The notes under the pieces were generated by a model, which was given only the letters and a program-made list of their open reading frames with translations, was not told where the DNA came from and made no database searches. Both the position numbers and the translations under genes were made by a program. A stretch of 64,000 nucleotides of DNA from Macrostomum lignano (lineage: Eukaryota): assembly GCA_002269645.1 (NCBI GenBank), contig NIVC01003340.1:1-64000 (forward strand). The letters are read 5' to 3'. Shown here in pieces: positions 27,614 through 53,305 of this stretch (position 1 is the first letter of the stretch; each line of letters opens with the position of its first letter).

Positions 27614-28741
27614 GCTGTTAAGCTGGTATAAGATGATTCCTACAAAGAAAACATATCTCAGGCTAGAATAATAAATTTCAAGGTGAATATTGAAATCTAC
27701 TAGCTCTGGAACTTACCTCTTAGCTTCTGTGAAGAAGCAGCGCCAGCACAGAGAAACAGAGGTTAGAGAAGGCCGCGACTGTAAAACCCGGGCTTTTTGT
27801 TCAAACGGTGAGCGGCAGAGAGACCGCAGAAATTAAAAACCAGGGCAAAAATGGCTGAACTGGCACAATATCACCGACAGTTGAGTGAGGGGGGGGGTCG
27901 TTAGTCTGAAAATTTGCGGCAGAAAAAGGAGTCGAAGGTGAAGAGAAGGGCGGTTTGAGAAGAGCAACAGAGAGCACAGAGAAAGAGAGACCGATCCGAG
28001 CTCATTGGTCGAAGCTGCCTCGAGTAACTTTCTTACTCGTGTGTATATTCAATCCGATTTTCTGTCGCTCTCGCTCTCTCTCTCGCTCTCTCACTGGCTG
28101 AGGGTCAGAGGTAAGCGACCTCCCACAGTGTGCATTCTCTCTGGGACTGACTGTACATCTCTACAAAAGCGCGGTTACAACGTACACCTTGCCTTACACT
28201 GCTCGTACTATACAATGACTGAACTCGACTAGCCTTAATTAGAGAGAAAAAGCCTGCTATCGCCATTCTACAATTATAGACATTGAAGAACAAAATAAAA
28301 GCTGTTTTTATTTCCAAGGTGTTGAGCTATTTTAATTAGGGCTTCTGCGGCAGGTTTTACTGCCCTGTGATGCGCACTTGCTTGTTGTCAGCTAAGTAGG
28401 CATTAGTTCGCTAGGTAGTGAGCGGGCGTTTGGACCAAATTTAGGTGCAACATTTTAATTCTACAAACTGCGACTAAACCTCGTTTTCCAGTTCATTTCA
28501 GTTTCTTGCGGCTGCAATCTTATCTGTAACTGGTGCAATTCATAGTGACTGTGTTAAACAATTATCGCGCACCAACTTGAACGACAAGGGAGCAGAGAAA
28601 GGAAATCGAAAATTAGCTAACGGGTACTCAAGAAAAATTCTAGTGAAATACACTAAAAATTATGCATTGCACTGTTCAAGAAAAAATGGGAGTGAGCGCA
28701 GAGCAGGATACATGGATGGATCAATTAGAGAATGCAAACTA

Positions 28742-29352
28742 AAGAGAAGAGGGGAGAGAGGGGAGGGAAGAGAGGAAGAGAAGCAAGTGGGTAGAGGGAG
28801 AGAGGAGACTGGGAAGAGGGAGAGGGAGAGAGGAGACTGGGGAGAGGGAGAGGGGAGAGAGGAGACTGGGGAGAGGGAGAGGGAGAGAGGAGACTGGGGA
28901 GAGGGAGAGGGAGAGAGGAGACTGGGGAGAGGGAGAGGGGAGAGAGGAGAATAGGGAGAGGGAGAGGGGAGAGAGGAGACTGGGGAGGGGGAGAGAAGAG
29001 AGAGGAGAATGGGGAGAGGGAGAGGGGAGAGAGGAGAATGGGGAGAGGGAGAGGGAGAGGGGAGAATGGGGAGAGGGAGAGGGGAGAGAGGAGAATGGGG
29101 AGAGGGAGAGGGAGAGAGGAGAATGGGGAGAGGGAGAGGGAGAGAGGAGAATGGGGAGAGGGAGAGGGAGAGAGGAGAATGGGGAGAGGGAGAGGGAGAG
29201 AGGAGAATGGGGAGAGGGAGAGGGGAGAGAGGAGAATGGGGAGAGGGAGAGGGAGAGAGGAGAATGGGGAGAGGGAGAGGGGAGAGAGGAGACTGGGGAG
29301 AGGGAGAGGGAGAGAGGAGAATGGGGAGAGGGAGAGGGGAGAGAGGAGAGAC
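28742..29352. repeat. Purine-rich minisatellite
   Basis: Units such as GGAGAATGGGGAGAGGGAGAGGGGAGAGA. Confidence 0.95.
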
Positions 29353-29981
29353 TCAAAGGGCAGTTGGTACGAGTAATGAAAGACTGGCAGAAGACCCCAA
29401 AGCCTCATTAATTAGTGGAGTCGTAAAGAACCTCTGTCAGGTTGTCCCTCTAAGCTTTCAGTGGTTTTCCCGCACGCATTAAGCAGCAAAGAATTTCAAT
29501 TGAAGCGTTTAGTCTCAGTTGGAACTCTCAACTCGCAACTGAGGGAAGCTGTGAAGACAGCTTGAAAAGCAGTTTTTTCTTAGATTTTTCTCAAACCGAG
29601 CTCGCGCTGCGACCTGCCCTGTGCAATGCTTTGTTTATTCGGTCGACAAAATGATTGCGTAATGCTGCTTGCCAATCTGCAGCTCCCCGCAATGTCATCT
29701 TAGAACTGTCCATCTTTGCCTGGCCTCGCGAGGCTCTTGAAGTATTGAAGAGAGAAATTTTATGCTTAATTTTTGACACGTTGAAGAAAAGACGGTTGGG
29801 TCAGAGAATTGTTTAAAAAATGCCCTGATGTACGCCCGGTAGTTCTAATCTTGACGGCGCATCCTACGCACAATATTCAGGTGCCTGACACAAATTCAAA
29901 TGTTGTAAAACTACTTTAACTCCTTTTTGACACAAATATTTTTGCGCACTTAAGATAAACCGTCAAAGAAAAATTAAGACA

Positions 29982-30774
29982 CCTGACACAAATTTAAGAT
30001 TCCTGACACAAATTTATGACCCCTGACACAAATTTATGATCCCGGACACAAATTTAAGATTCCTGACACAAATTTATGATCCGTGGCACAAATTTAGGAT
30101 CCTTGACACAAATTTATGATTCCTGACACAAATTTAAGATCCCTGACACAAATTTATGATCCGTGACACAAATTTATGATCCGTGACACAAATTTATGAT
30201 TCCTGACACAAATTTAACATCCCCGACACAAATTTATGATCCCAGACAAAAATTCAAGATCTCTGACACAAATTTAAGATCCCTGACACAAATTTATGAT
30301 CCGTGACACAAATTTTTGATGTCTGACACAAATTTAACATCCCCGACACAAATTTATGATCCCAGACAAAAATTCAAGATCTCTGACACAAATTTAAGAT
30401 CCCTGACACAAATTTAAAATTTACTGCACAAATTTATGACCCCTGACACAAATTTATGATCCCTGACACAAATTTAAGATTTATGGCACAAAGTTATGAT
30501 TCAAGACACAAATCTAACACACCTGACACAAATGTAAGATCCCTGACACAAATTAAGGATCCCTGACACAAATTTAAGATCCCTGACACAAATTTAAGAT
30601 GCCTGACACAAATTTATGATAACCGACACAAATTTAGAATTTACGGCACAAATTTAAGATCCCAGACACAATTTGAGATCTATGACACAAATTTAGGAGA
30701 ATTCAGACAAGGTTAACATCCCTGACACAAAGTAAGATCCCTCACACAAATTTAATAACACTGACACAAAATTC
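29982..30774. repeat. 20-bp minisatellite, ~40 degenerate copies
   Basis: Unit CCTGACACAAATTTAAGATC with many variants. Confidence 0.95.
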
Positions 30775-31524
30775 ACCGACCAGCAACCACGTCCCATGCT
30801 GCAGTTTCGTGTCTTCAAAATAAATATAAACCCGTCCGGTCAAGTGAAAGTTCCGGAACTGAACTTACTACAAAAGTATTACTTGTGAGTAGTAAGCAAA
30901 GAAAAGTTCTAGAAAAAATCGCTTTTTGATATTTTTAGAAAAACAGACAAATTGCAGAGTTGGCAGTTTGCTGCAGTTCACAAAGAGTAAAACAAGCCAT
31001 TATTTGTATTTGTTATCATTTGTAACAATTCGGTACAGATTTGCACATATGTTATCATAGCATCATGTATTAAATAGAGAAAATTGACTAGATTATTTGA
31101 GCTACTTGTAGTAGCAGGTCATGCAAATTTTAAATTTCGTTACAGCGCGCGCTTTTGAACTTTTTTTTTATAAAAACTACAAAACAAAGTTGTCAGCAAA
31201 GTTAATATATAAAGTTGAATAGATTTTACTTGCGCGCAAGCAGATCAACGTCAGTAGAGGTTTAGCAATAAAAGTTTTAAAAATTAACTAAACTAGCGGT
31301 GCAGCCTGGGTTATTTGTCGATTTGTCGATTTAGAGACTCCTCATGAGTTACCTGGAAGTGATGAGAATATATTCAATGATTAGCCTTAGCCAAAGTAGT
31401 ACTGCTTGTGATTATAAATGTTTGTAGAAAGTTATCTGAGTTCTTTGGGAAAGCTGGGCTTTTGATTATTGAGGCTTGATTGGATACGTGAATACTTTTT
31501 ATTGTTTTTTAAATTTACAATCAG

Positions 31525-32545
31525 TGGAAATTTAGAATCGGTGGACATTTGCGATCCATGGACATTTATAATCGGCAGACATTCAGAAATGGTGGACATT
31601 TAGAATCGGTGGACATTCAGAAATGGTGGACATTCAGAAATGGTGGACATTTAGAATCGGTGGGCATTCAGAAAAGGTGGACATTTAGAATCGGTGGGCA
31701 TTCAGAAAAGGTGGACATTTAGAATCGGTGGGCATTCAGAAATGGTGGACATTTAGAATCGGTGGGCATTCAGAAATGGTGGACATTCAGAAATGGTGGA
31801 CATTCAGAAATGGTGGACATTTATAATCGGTGGACATTTGCGATCCATGGACATTTATAATCGGCGGACATTCAGAAATGGTGGACATTCAGAAATGGTG
31901 GACATTCAGAAATGGTGGACATTTATAATCGGTGGACATTCAGAAATGGTGGACATTTAGAATCGGTGGACATTCAGAAAAGGTGGACATTCAGAAATGG
32001 TGGACATTTAGAATCGGTGGACATTCAGAAAAGGTGGACATTCAGAAAAGGTGGACATTTAGAATCGGTGGACATTTATAATCGGTGGACATTCAGAGAG
32101 GGTGTAAATTTATAATCGGTGGGCATTCAGAGAGGGTGTAAATTTATAATCGGTGGGCATTCAGAGAGGGTGTAAATTTATAATCGGTGGCATTCAGAAA
32201 GGGTGGAAATTTATAATCGGTGGGCATTCAGAGAGGGTGTAAATTTATAATCGGTGGGCATTCAGAGAGGGTGTAAATTTATAATCGGTGGGCATTCAGA
32301 GAGGGTGTAAATTTATAATCGGTGGGCATTCAGAGAGGGTGTAAATTTATAATCGGTGGGCATTCAGAGAGGGTGTAAATTTATAATCGGTGGGCATTCA
32401 GAAAGGGTGGAAATTTATAATCGGTGGGCATTCAGAGAGGGTGTAAATTTATAATCGGTGGGCATTCAGAGAGGGTGTAAATTTATAATCGGTGGGCATT
32501 CAGAAAGGGTGGAAATTTATAATCGGTGGGCATTTAGAGAATCAG
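31525..32545. repeat. 17-bp minisatellite grading into a 34-bp higher-order unit
   Basis: TGGACATTCAGAAATGG / TGGACATTTAGAATCGG monomers; from ~32090 a fixed dimer TGGGCATTCAGAGAGGG+TGTAAATTTATAATCGG. Confidence 0.92.
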
Positions 32546-32662
32546 TGGAAACTTGGAATCGATGGACATTTAAGGTCGAGTGGACACTATTGATTGGCAG
32601 ACAGACTTAGAATTGGTGGACGTGATGATCTCAGGTCATTGAAAATTTAAGCTACATCAAGT

Positions 32663-45039
<12,377 letters not shown>

Positions 45040-48000
45040 CTCATGCGGCTAAAGTTGTAGTTTGTCTCTAATAATTAGTAGGGTGAATATGGCTGGCGGC
45101 TCCAAAATGAAACGATGAAGATAGCTATAAGGAGAGAGGAAAGGATGAAAAATGAAGGAGGACCAAGATGGTTGGGAAGGATTTTCTTTCGGCCTAAATA
45201 GTCGGAGGCTGGTTGGGGCTGCGGCTCGGGCAGATGGTGGGTGACAAAGCGTTCAAAGACGGGCCATTGCTTGGCGCACACGCTGCACACACTTGCCTCA
45301 TCTGGACTGCCAGACCCCAGTACCCTACCTCATCCCCAATCCCATCGAGGCTCTCTCTACAGACAAAAGCAACAGGCCCATATAGGCTAAGGCTACAACC
45401 CCTTACCACGGACCTCGTTTCCTGCTAGCCCCTGTCCGCCTTGCCTGAATGCGCAGGGAGGTAAGAGAGAAAAGACCGCTGTGGTTCGCCGACCCAGCCC
45501 TTCCCCAGGCCCCCACCGCCCATATTGCAGTCTAGTTCGGATCAATACTGCAGAAGGAAGAGGGTGCGTCAGATGCTGAAATCTGGTATGTACGTCTTGT
45601 GGCGTTCTACAAACCAGCGATCTGGAGAGGTAGTTCGATTTTTTAATATATCATGAGCTGCGATATTATCAGGTTTCATGGGTTGGTCATAAAATGAAAC
45701 AAATAGAAGTACATTTTTGTCTCTGTTTCCTTTTATTTTTTACTTTGGTTCGTCATCTTTATTGACTTTAACACTAGTCCCCGAACATCCAGACATTGCA
45801 TTTAGAGCTCCATTCGATCGGCCAACTCCCCAACGCTGCATTGATGCCCAGACAACGGATATTCCTGTTGGAAAGGGGCTGTACGCTTCACCAGCCGAAC
45901 TTTAATAGCTAGATGTACATGTACAAACTTTTGTGCTCATGATATACAAACTGGTGTTCATCTTTATGTCGTTTTTGTCTTGCTTTAAAAAACTACATTA
46001 CATGTAGGACCCTGTAGAGATTGATAGTACGACTTAATCTGTTAAAATCTTTAGCATGTTAAAGAGATGATGGTTGTGACAACCGGCAAGGCACACTGTA
46101 ATGCAGCAAAATATATTTTGGACCTACATGTAGCAGTATACGGGCTCATACTATTTGGTCGCTGCAGTAGTTTCTTCTCGTTAGATTTTAGCTAGTAGTA
46201 ATAGCATATCTAGCTGCATGACAATTAAAGGCCTAATTGACTCCTAATTTCTACTTTATGAGATATCAGACTTTCAGCATCAGCACTAATTTGATGGCAC
46301 GTCCCCTATTACTGCCAGTAGAAATAGAAATTTCTTCTTCCCTTTTTATTATCGGATCTTTTCAATATATTTACCTTTCCTCTCTCCTATCTTCGCTTCT
46401 TCCTATCCTTTGTCTCCCCTACTAATTACCTTCGCTACTTTTATGTTTTTCTTCTTTTTCATCGGGATTGTATACCAGCATACTTTTTTCGGATCATGAT
46501 CATATAAATCACCAGATTGTCAAGGTATTAGACGGACACCTGGCATGCATGCCTGTGGGTATACAGGTTCCTGATGGTCTGGGAGAATTTCTCATTTGTC
46601 AATCACATAATAATTTGGCACGTGTGACGATATATTTTGACAGCTGTGAACTTTGCCCCTACACTAAAAGTACATGTATATTCGTTTTAATCCTACAATC
46701 ATCTCGCGGATTTGGCAAAATCACCTCTCCTCTTCATCCCCGATCTAATGCATATTTCATGTTAATTTTGGACTTGAAATTGCTAAAACTCATAAATAAA
46801 TTTATATAAATAAAATTGGATGATTTATGGCCGCACCTATATCGCTTTTTGAGGATTCCCCAGGGACCTGTAGGATCTCTCGGCTTTTCAGGTCGTGGTA
46901 GCTAAATGCTTCAGCCGATCAGAAAATTAGACAGGGCGTTTTAACAAATCGGCTCAGCCAATCAAAATCGATGTGTTCTAATTGTAACAAATCCCAACCC
47001 AAGCTACGAGCATAATTGGTTCCAAACAGTATTCAGTCAACCAACCATTTTGAATCAGAATTCAAGTCAGTCATGTACTTTATTGCTAACTTAGGCATCA
47101 AAGCGGCTTATATATCTACATGTATGTAAGCTAGAACCCACCAGCTACATGTAAGGGTCTCAGAGCTAGGGCTAATATATTAGTTTATAGTCACATTTTA
47201 TGGCCAGAATCAATCGCATGCATAGGAATTTGATAATGTAGTACATATATGTGTATATTTCACGAACCTATAGTCTTGCAGCCTAGCAACAAGAAGAACC
47301 CCTCTGCAAAAATATGCTATCCAGTCCGAGTACCGTCCCTTTTCGGCTGACTTCGAGATTCAACTAAAAGACACCAGTTGGCACATCAGTTCAGAGCCTC
47401 TCCTTGAGTCGTGGTAACCCGATTCGAGAGAGAGCCGAGCGGCAGGTTTGGTGAGCCAGTTTTTGCATGAGTTGGTGGCCAGCTGATTAGCTTAATCTAC
47501 GGATTAGCTGTTTTTGCCTTTAAAATTCTCCTGCTTGTCTCTCGCTGTATACTTTCTTAGGTAATAGGAGCTACATGTAGCTCATGTTCGGCACATCTAA
47601 ATTATGATATATTCAGATTTGCAGATGTGCAAGCCGCGCCTAAGAGTAAGACACATAAAAAGACAGTGGCCTTGTCCGATAAATCGTGATCAACTTGCTA
47701 ACGACTCTTAATTTTATACTTTTTTATTTTTAACGCAAGTTACTGCTTTACTATTAATTAAATTTTTTTAATAATTATCAAAGAAAGTATATTCTATTCT
47801 CAGAAGTTGCATTTTTTGTTTTGATTAAACTATAGATAAAATGTTTCAAAGTCAAAAACTTCCAATTGCAGGAACTCGTAAAAGCTGTGTGAGAGAGAGT
47901 ATTGAGAATGCGAGCGACATTTTTGCATGACGTCACATTTGACATGTACAGTTTGTAACTTAGAGTGGGAGAACCACGTATATAAGTTCGTGTATTTTTC

Positions 48001-49597
48001 ATAGGATCTATTTTACCTTTTTTGAAGGCCGTAGAGGTTGTCCTGTCCCAAGAGTAATTGTGGAATCGAAGCAGTGCATTATCTTAATCTTATCAATGCC
48101 GAAAATTAATAAAATCTGCTAAAGTTCCTTATTTTATTTTGCTTGCAATTTACTATAGGCCCAGATAGGCTCTCTAGTAGGCCTACTAAAGATCTAGGAC
48201 TAATCCATTTTATATCATATTTATTTTTTTGAATTTATTCAGATATATCTCATGTGCCATCCCATCTGCCATGTCCATGGCGGCAAACTGTTATTGTTTA
48301 AGATCAAACTTTTATCGAAATTTATGATGACTAAAACCTATATTAGTTCATATTGAAAACAGTATATCATTTTGGCAATCTTTTAGTTTTGCCCATTTGA
48401 TTATTTTTCAACTTGCGACTATTGCAGCTTTAATTTAATTAACATTTTAATAATGTTGTAAACCTTTAAGTTAAGAGGCAAAACTTATTATATTATATTT
48501 ATTATTTAACTTTTTTATTTTATTATATTTGCAATTTGGCAGACTTTTACATATAGACACAGCTGTAGACATGAATTTTATGCTTAAACTATTGTATAAT
48601 TAACTTAACATTGGTAAAAGTTGGCATGACTAAGCTTGGCACAAAATCAAATTAAAAAATATCTATCTAGATATATTATTTATGCTTTTTACCACATCAA
48701 TAGCTTGATATATAACTTGGTATAAAATCAAATTAAATGTTCAAAATTAGAAAATCATCCATTTTTGTTGCCTTTTTCATAATGAAATTAATATTTTTTT
48801 TATATTTAATCATTTGCAACATATTTGATACTTAGTGGGCTAATTTAGCAATTCAACTATTTGGCTATTGAAAAAAATTAAACTTTGCAATCAGTCAATC
48901 TATAGTCCAGTTTGTTGTTTATATTAGAAACTTCTAGTCTTGAATTAGCCTTGATATAAATGATCTAATAAAAAAAGAGATAGCAGTATATTTGTTTTTT
49001 ATTGTATTAGGCACTATAGAAAACTATTTTCAAATGATTCATTTTCCATTTTTTACCAAAACAGGCCTAGTAAAAGTCTTTCATAAGTTCAAACAAACTA
49101 TTGTAATCATTTTTAGATATAATTATAAGATTCTAGTTATATACAAGTAAAATAGTACCAATTTTGCACACAAGTAATAGCTTTAATTGTACTAGACATT
49201 CATACATGCGCAACACTTGGCCGATCTAGCTGATTGGCAAGGGCCCAGCCATGATAAGTTGAAAAAATATACACCAAAATAGATATAAAAACTAATTAGA
49301 TGACGAAGCATTTAGCCTTGATAAAAGAGTTATAGTTACTCCTGCCGTTTACCCAAAAGTTTTTTTAGGAAGTTGCAAGGCTGGTGTAATTCAGGGGGTT
49401 GCGCATGGATGTCTAGCATAGTAGTAAATGTTTTATGATGATATAATATCTAATTAGATAATGCAACATATAATATAAAAGCTATGTTTATAAACAAGCA
49501 ATCATATTTTCAATTTATTGCATGCAATATGGTTAATACTACAAGACACTGACAGCTGATTCCATTTTTTGAGAACTTCTTTGAGTTTGCACTTTTC

Positions 49598-51433
49598 ATG
49601 GACACTGGCAATGGAGAGGACAGCATGTCCTTTCTGCTTGATCTAATATCCTCAGACGCTGGCAATGTGCAGCAGCATCAGGATGAGCCAATGATGGATG
49701 CAGCATCTGGCGCTGGTCATTTGCAGCAGCACCAGAGCACCGCGCTTGAAGACATTGAGCCGTCTTATGATTTGTTCCAATTCCCCACTTCTGTAGCCAA
49801 TGACAGCAATGGCACTGCTACTTCCGCTAGCATACTGTGGCAACAGCTCACCATGCCGCAACCGCAGGAGCCTTCACTGACATCTAACACCAGCAACTCG
49901 GCCTTCCAACAGTACCGCAGTCACTCCAGCTGCTCAAGCTACTCAAACTTCTCCAGCTCGGTGCCATCCGTAGCCTCAACTCCTTCGCTACTGAGCGGCT
50001 TCAGCACTCCGGCGCACCCGCGGGAATGGACAGCCCGCCGACTGTCTATGGCGCCTCCTCCGCCGCCGCCGTGCGCGCCGACGCCACAGCCGCCGCCGCC
50101 GTTCCGATCGATCCTGACGAGCGCAGGCGGCGCTACGCTGACGTGAACAGTCTGTCCCGACAGGAGTTGTTCGACACACTCAATCGTCGCCTGAGGCGGG
50201 TTGGCAGTTCCAGCGGCGGTGGCTTCGGCGACGGCGTCTCGTCGCCTTCGGACACGTCGGATTCGCCGCGATGGCAGCAGCAGCAGCAGCATCATCATCA
50301 TCACAGCGGCGGCAGTGGCGGTGCAACATCGTCCAGCTCGTCAGCTGCCGGCTTCTCCGTTGGCGGCGCTGCCTCAGGCGCTGCGGCAGCCGTTTCCGTC
50401 GCCGACAATCCCGACGTTGTTGGCCTGTCCGCCGCTGTCGGCGTCGGCGTCCACCTGAAAGACGAGCCAGCGACGCCGCCCTCAACGCCGTCGCGGCTGC
50501 CGCGTCACCAGCGAGAGCCGCATAAAAAGGCTGAGAAGAAGCGCGTTGAAAAAATTCGTCAGAGACTCGACCAGCTGCGTGAGCTGTGCGGCATCGGCGG
50601 CGGCGGCGGCGCAGCTGATCGGTCAGAAGCGAAACTGCTGACTCGAGTGCTGGGCTGCATTCGGGAGCTTCAGTTGGCTAACAGGCGATCCGCTGATGAA
50701 GCTAATGCGCTTCAGGTAACTGAACTCGTAATAACTTGAGTGCTCTCACTTTGAATATCTCTTACTTTGAGAGATTAGATTCCTACATTCATATCTTGTT
50801 ACTGTTCAGTAGGCAGTCTGTTGTAGTGTGTTTATCGACCTGAGTCATTGAACTCTGGTGTGTTTTTCGGCGTGGCTCGTTAAACTCGGAGTGTGTTTAT
50901 CGGCCTGACTCATTAAACTCTGAGTGTGTTTATCGGCCTGACTCATTAAACTATGAGTGTGTTTATCGGCCTGACTCATTAAACTCGGAGTGTGTTTATC
51001 GGATTTGCGCATCAAATTTGGAGTGTGTTTATCGGCCTCTGTCGTTAAACTCGAGTGTGTTTATCTGCTCGACTCATTAAACTCAGAGTGTGTTTATCGG
51101 CTTTCCGCATTTAACTTGGAGTGTGTTTATCTGCTTGACTCGTTAAACTCGGAGTGTGTTTAGCGACAATCAAATCTGTCTAATGCAGCATATCAAAATC
51201 TCTACAGCTTAATCCGCCCCTCCCCAGGCTCGTCTTTCGGAGCTCGAATCCGAGCAGAAGACCCTTCTCGAAGCCCTTGACGACGAGGCCGCTGCGGATC
51301 ATAAAGTTGACGCGGATGGCGACTCCGCTATTGAAGACTTCAGCGGCGTCAAGTTTGAATCGGGCGATGAGGCTGGCACACCGTCCGAGGACTGCGAGAT
51401 GACTTCGGAGACTACCATTACTCACGACTGCAG
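49598..51433 (+). CDS. Divergent bHLH-leucine zipper transcription factor (left copy; 1-nt frameshift at 50038-50039; 3' end not seen)
   Basis: Exon 1 49598-50715: MDTGNGEDSMSFLLDLI...QREPHKKAEKKRVEKIRQRLDQLRELCG...SEAKLLTRVLGCIRELQ...ANALQ, then a GT donor. Exon 2 51228-51433 continues in phase as ARLSELESEQKTLLEAL (zipper) and ends at a GTAATC donor. Restoring the C present in the mirror copy joins the two annotated ORFs. Confidence 0.75.
50845..51165. repeat. 33-bp minisatellite, ~10 copies (bHLH intron 1; mirror ~53382-53700)
   Basis: Unit GTGTGTTTATCGGCCTGACTCATTAAACTCGGA. Confidence 0.92.
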
Positions 51434-51511
51434 GTAATCTTGCGGATTGGGGTAACAGGTGTTCTAATGGCTTTTTCTTGAAACTTTTTAAAAGCCATTA
51501 TTTCGCACTTG

Positions 51512-52940
51512 CCCTTTGACATCCTGTCCTCAAGTCCCTTTGACATCCTGTCATCATGTCCCTTTGACATCCTGTCCTCATGTCCCTTTGACATCCTGTC
51601 CTCAAGTCCCTTTAACATCCTGTCATCAAGTCCCTTTGACATCCTGTCATCAAGTCCCTTTGACATCTGTCCTCATGTCCCTTTGACATCCTGTCATCAA
51701 GTCCTTTGACATCCTGTCATCAAGACCCTTTGACATCCTGTCATCAAGTCCCTTTGATATCCTGTCATCAAGTCCCTTTGACATCCTGTCCTCAAGTCCC
51801 TTTGACATCCTGTCCTCAAGTCCCTTTGACATCCTGTCCTCATGTCCCTTTGACATCCTGTCCTCAAGTCCCTTTGACATCCTGTCCTCAAGTCCCTTTG
51901 ACATCCTGTCCTAATGTCCCTTTGACATCCTGTCCTCATGTCCCTTTGACATCCTGTCCTCAAGTCCCTTTGACATCCTGTCCTCAAGTCCTTTGACATC
52001 CTGTCCTCATGTCCCTTTGACATCCTGTCATCAAGTCCCTTTGACATCCTGTCATCAAGTCCCTTTGACATCCTGTCCTCAAGTCCCTTTGACATCCTGT
52101 CATCAAGTCCCTTTGACATCCTGTCCTCAAGTCCCTTTGACATCCTGTCCTCAAGTCCCTTTGACATCCTGTCCTCAAGTCCCTTTGACATCCTGTCATC
52201 AAGTCCCTTTGACATCCTGTCATCAAGTCCCTTTGACATCTGTCCTCATGTCCCTTTGACATCCTGTCATCAAGTCCCTTTGACATCCTGTCATCAAGAC
52301 CCTTTGACATCCTGTCATCGAGTCCCTTTGATATCCTGTCATCAAGTCCCTTTGACATCCTGTCATCAAGTCCCTTTGACATCCTGTCCTCAAGTCCCTT
52401 TGACATCCTGTCCTCATGTCCCTTTGACATCCTGTCCTCAAGTCCTTTTGACATCCTGTCCTCAAGTCCCTTTGACATCCTGTCCTCATGTCCCTTTGAC
52501 ATCCTGTCCTCAAGTCCCTTTGACATCCTGTCCTCAAGTCTCTTTGACATCCTGTCCTCAAGTCCCTTTGACATCCTGTCCTCATGTCCCTTTGACATCC
52601 TGTCCTCAAGTCCCTTTGACATCCTGTCCTCATGTCCTTTGACATCCTGTCATCAAGTCCCTTTGACATCCTGTCATCAAGTCCCTTTGACATCCTGTCC
52701 TCAAGTCCCTTTGACATCCTGTCCTCAAGTCCCTTTGACATCCTGTCCTCAAGTCCCTTTGACATCCTGTCATCAAGTCCCTTTGACATCCTGTCCTCAT
52801 GTCCCTTTGACATCCTGTCCTCAAGTCCCTTTGACATCCTGTCCTCATGTCCCTTTGGCATCCTGTCCTCATGTCCCTTTGACATCCTGTCCTCAAGTCC
52901 CTTTGACATCCTGTCCTCAAGTCCCTGTGACATCCTGTCC
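51512..52940. repeat. 24-bp minisatellite, ~60 copies, in the inverted-repeat spacer
   Basis: Unit CCCTTTGACATCCTGTCCTCAAGT, with occasional 23-bp units. It explains the MSKGLEDR ORFs. Confidence 0.97.
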
Positions 52941-53004
52941 TTTGGTCCATTTTACTTAAACTTCCCTGAAAGTGTATTGTTTGAGGTCGAAGTGAACCTA
53001 AAAT

Positions 53005-53305
53005 NNNNNNNNNNNNNNNNNNNNNNNNNNNNNNNNNNNNNNNNNNNNNNNNNNNNNNNNNNNNNNNNNNNNNNNNNNNNNNNNNNNNNNNNNNNNNNNN
53101 NNNNNNNNNNNNNNNNNNNNNNNNNNNNNNNNNNNNNNNNNNNNNNNNNNNNNNNNNNNNNNNNNNNNNNNNNNNNNNNNNNNNNNNNNNNNNNNNNNNN
53201 NNNNNNNNNNNNNNNNNNNNNNNNNNNNNNNNNNNNNNNNNNNNNNNNNNNNNNNNNNNNNNNNNNNNNNNNNNNNNNNNNNNNNNNNNNNNNNNNNNNN
53301 NNNNN
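53005..53305. other. Assembly gap (301 N)
   Basis: Run of N immediately before the start of the right arm of the inverted repeat. Confidence 0.99.

Noticed and set aside
45075-48002. Short ORFs between laminin beta and the bHLH-ZIP (and their mirrors at 56545-59472)
   Set aside because: No domain signal or splice support; their exact duplication only reflects the inverted repeat, not conservation.
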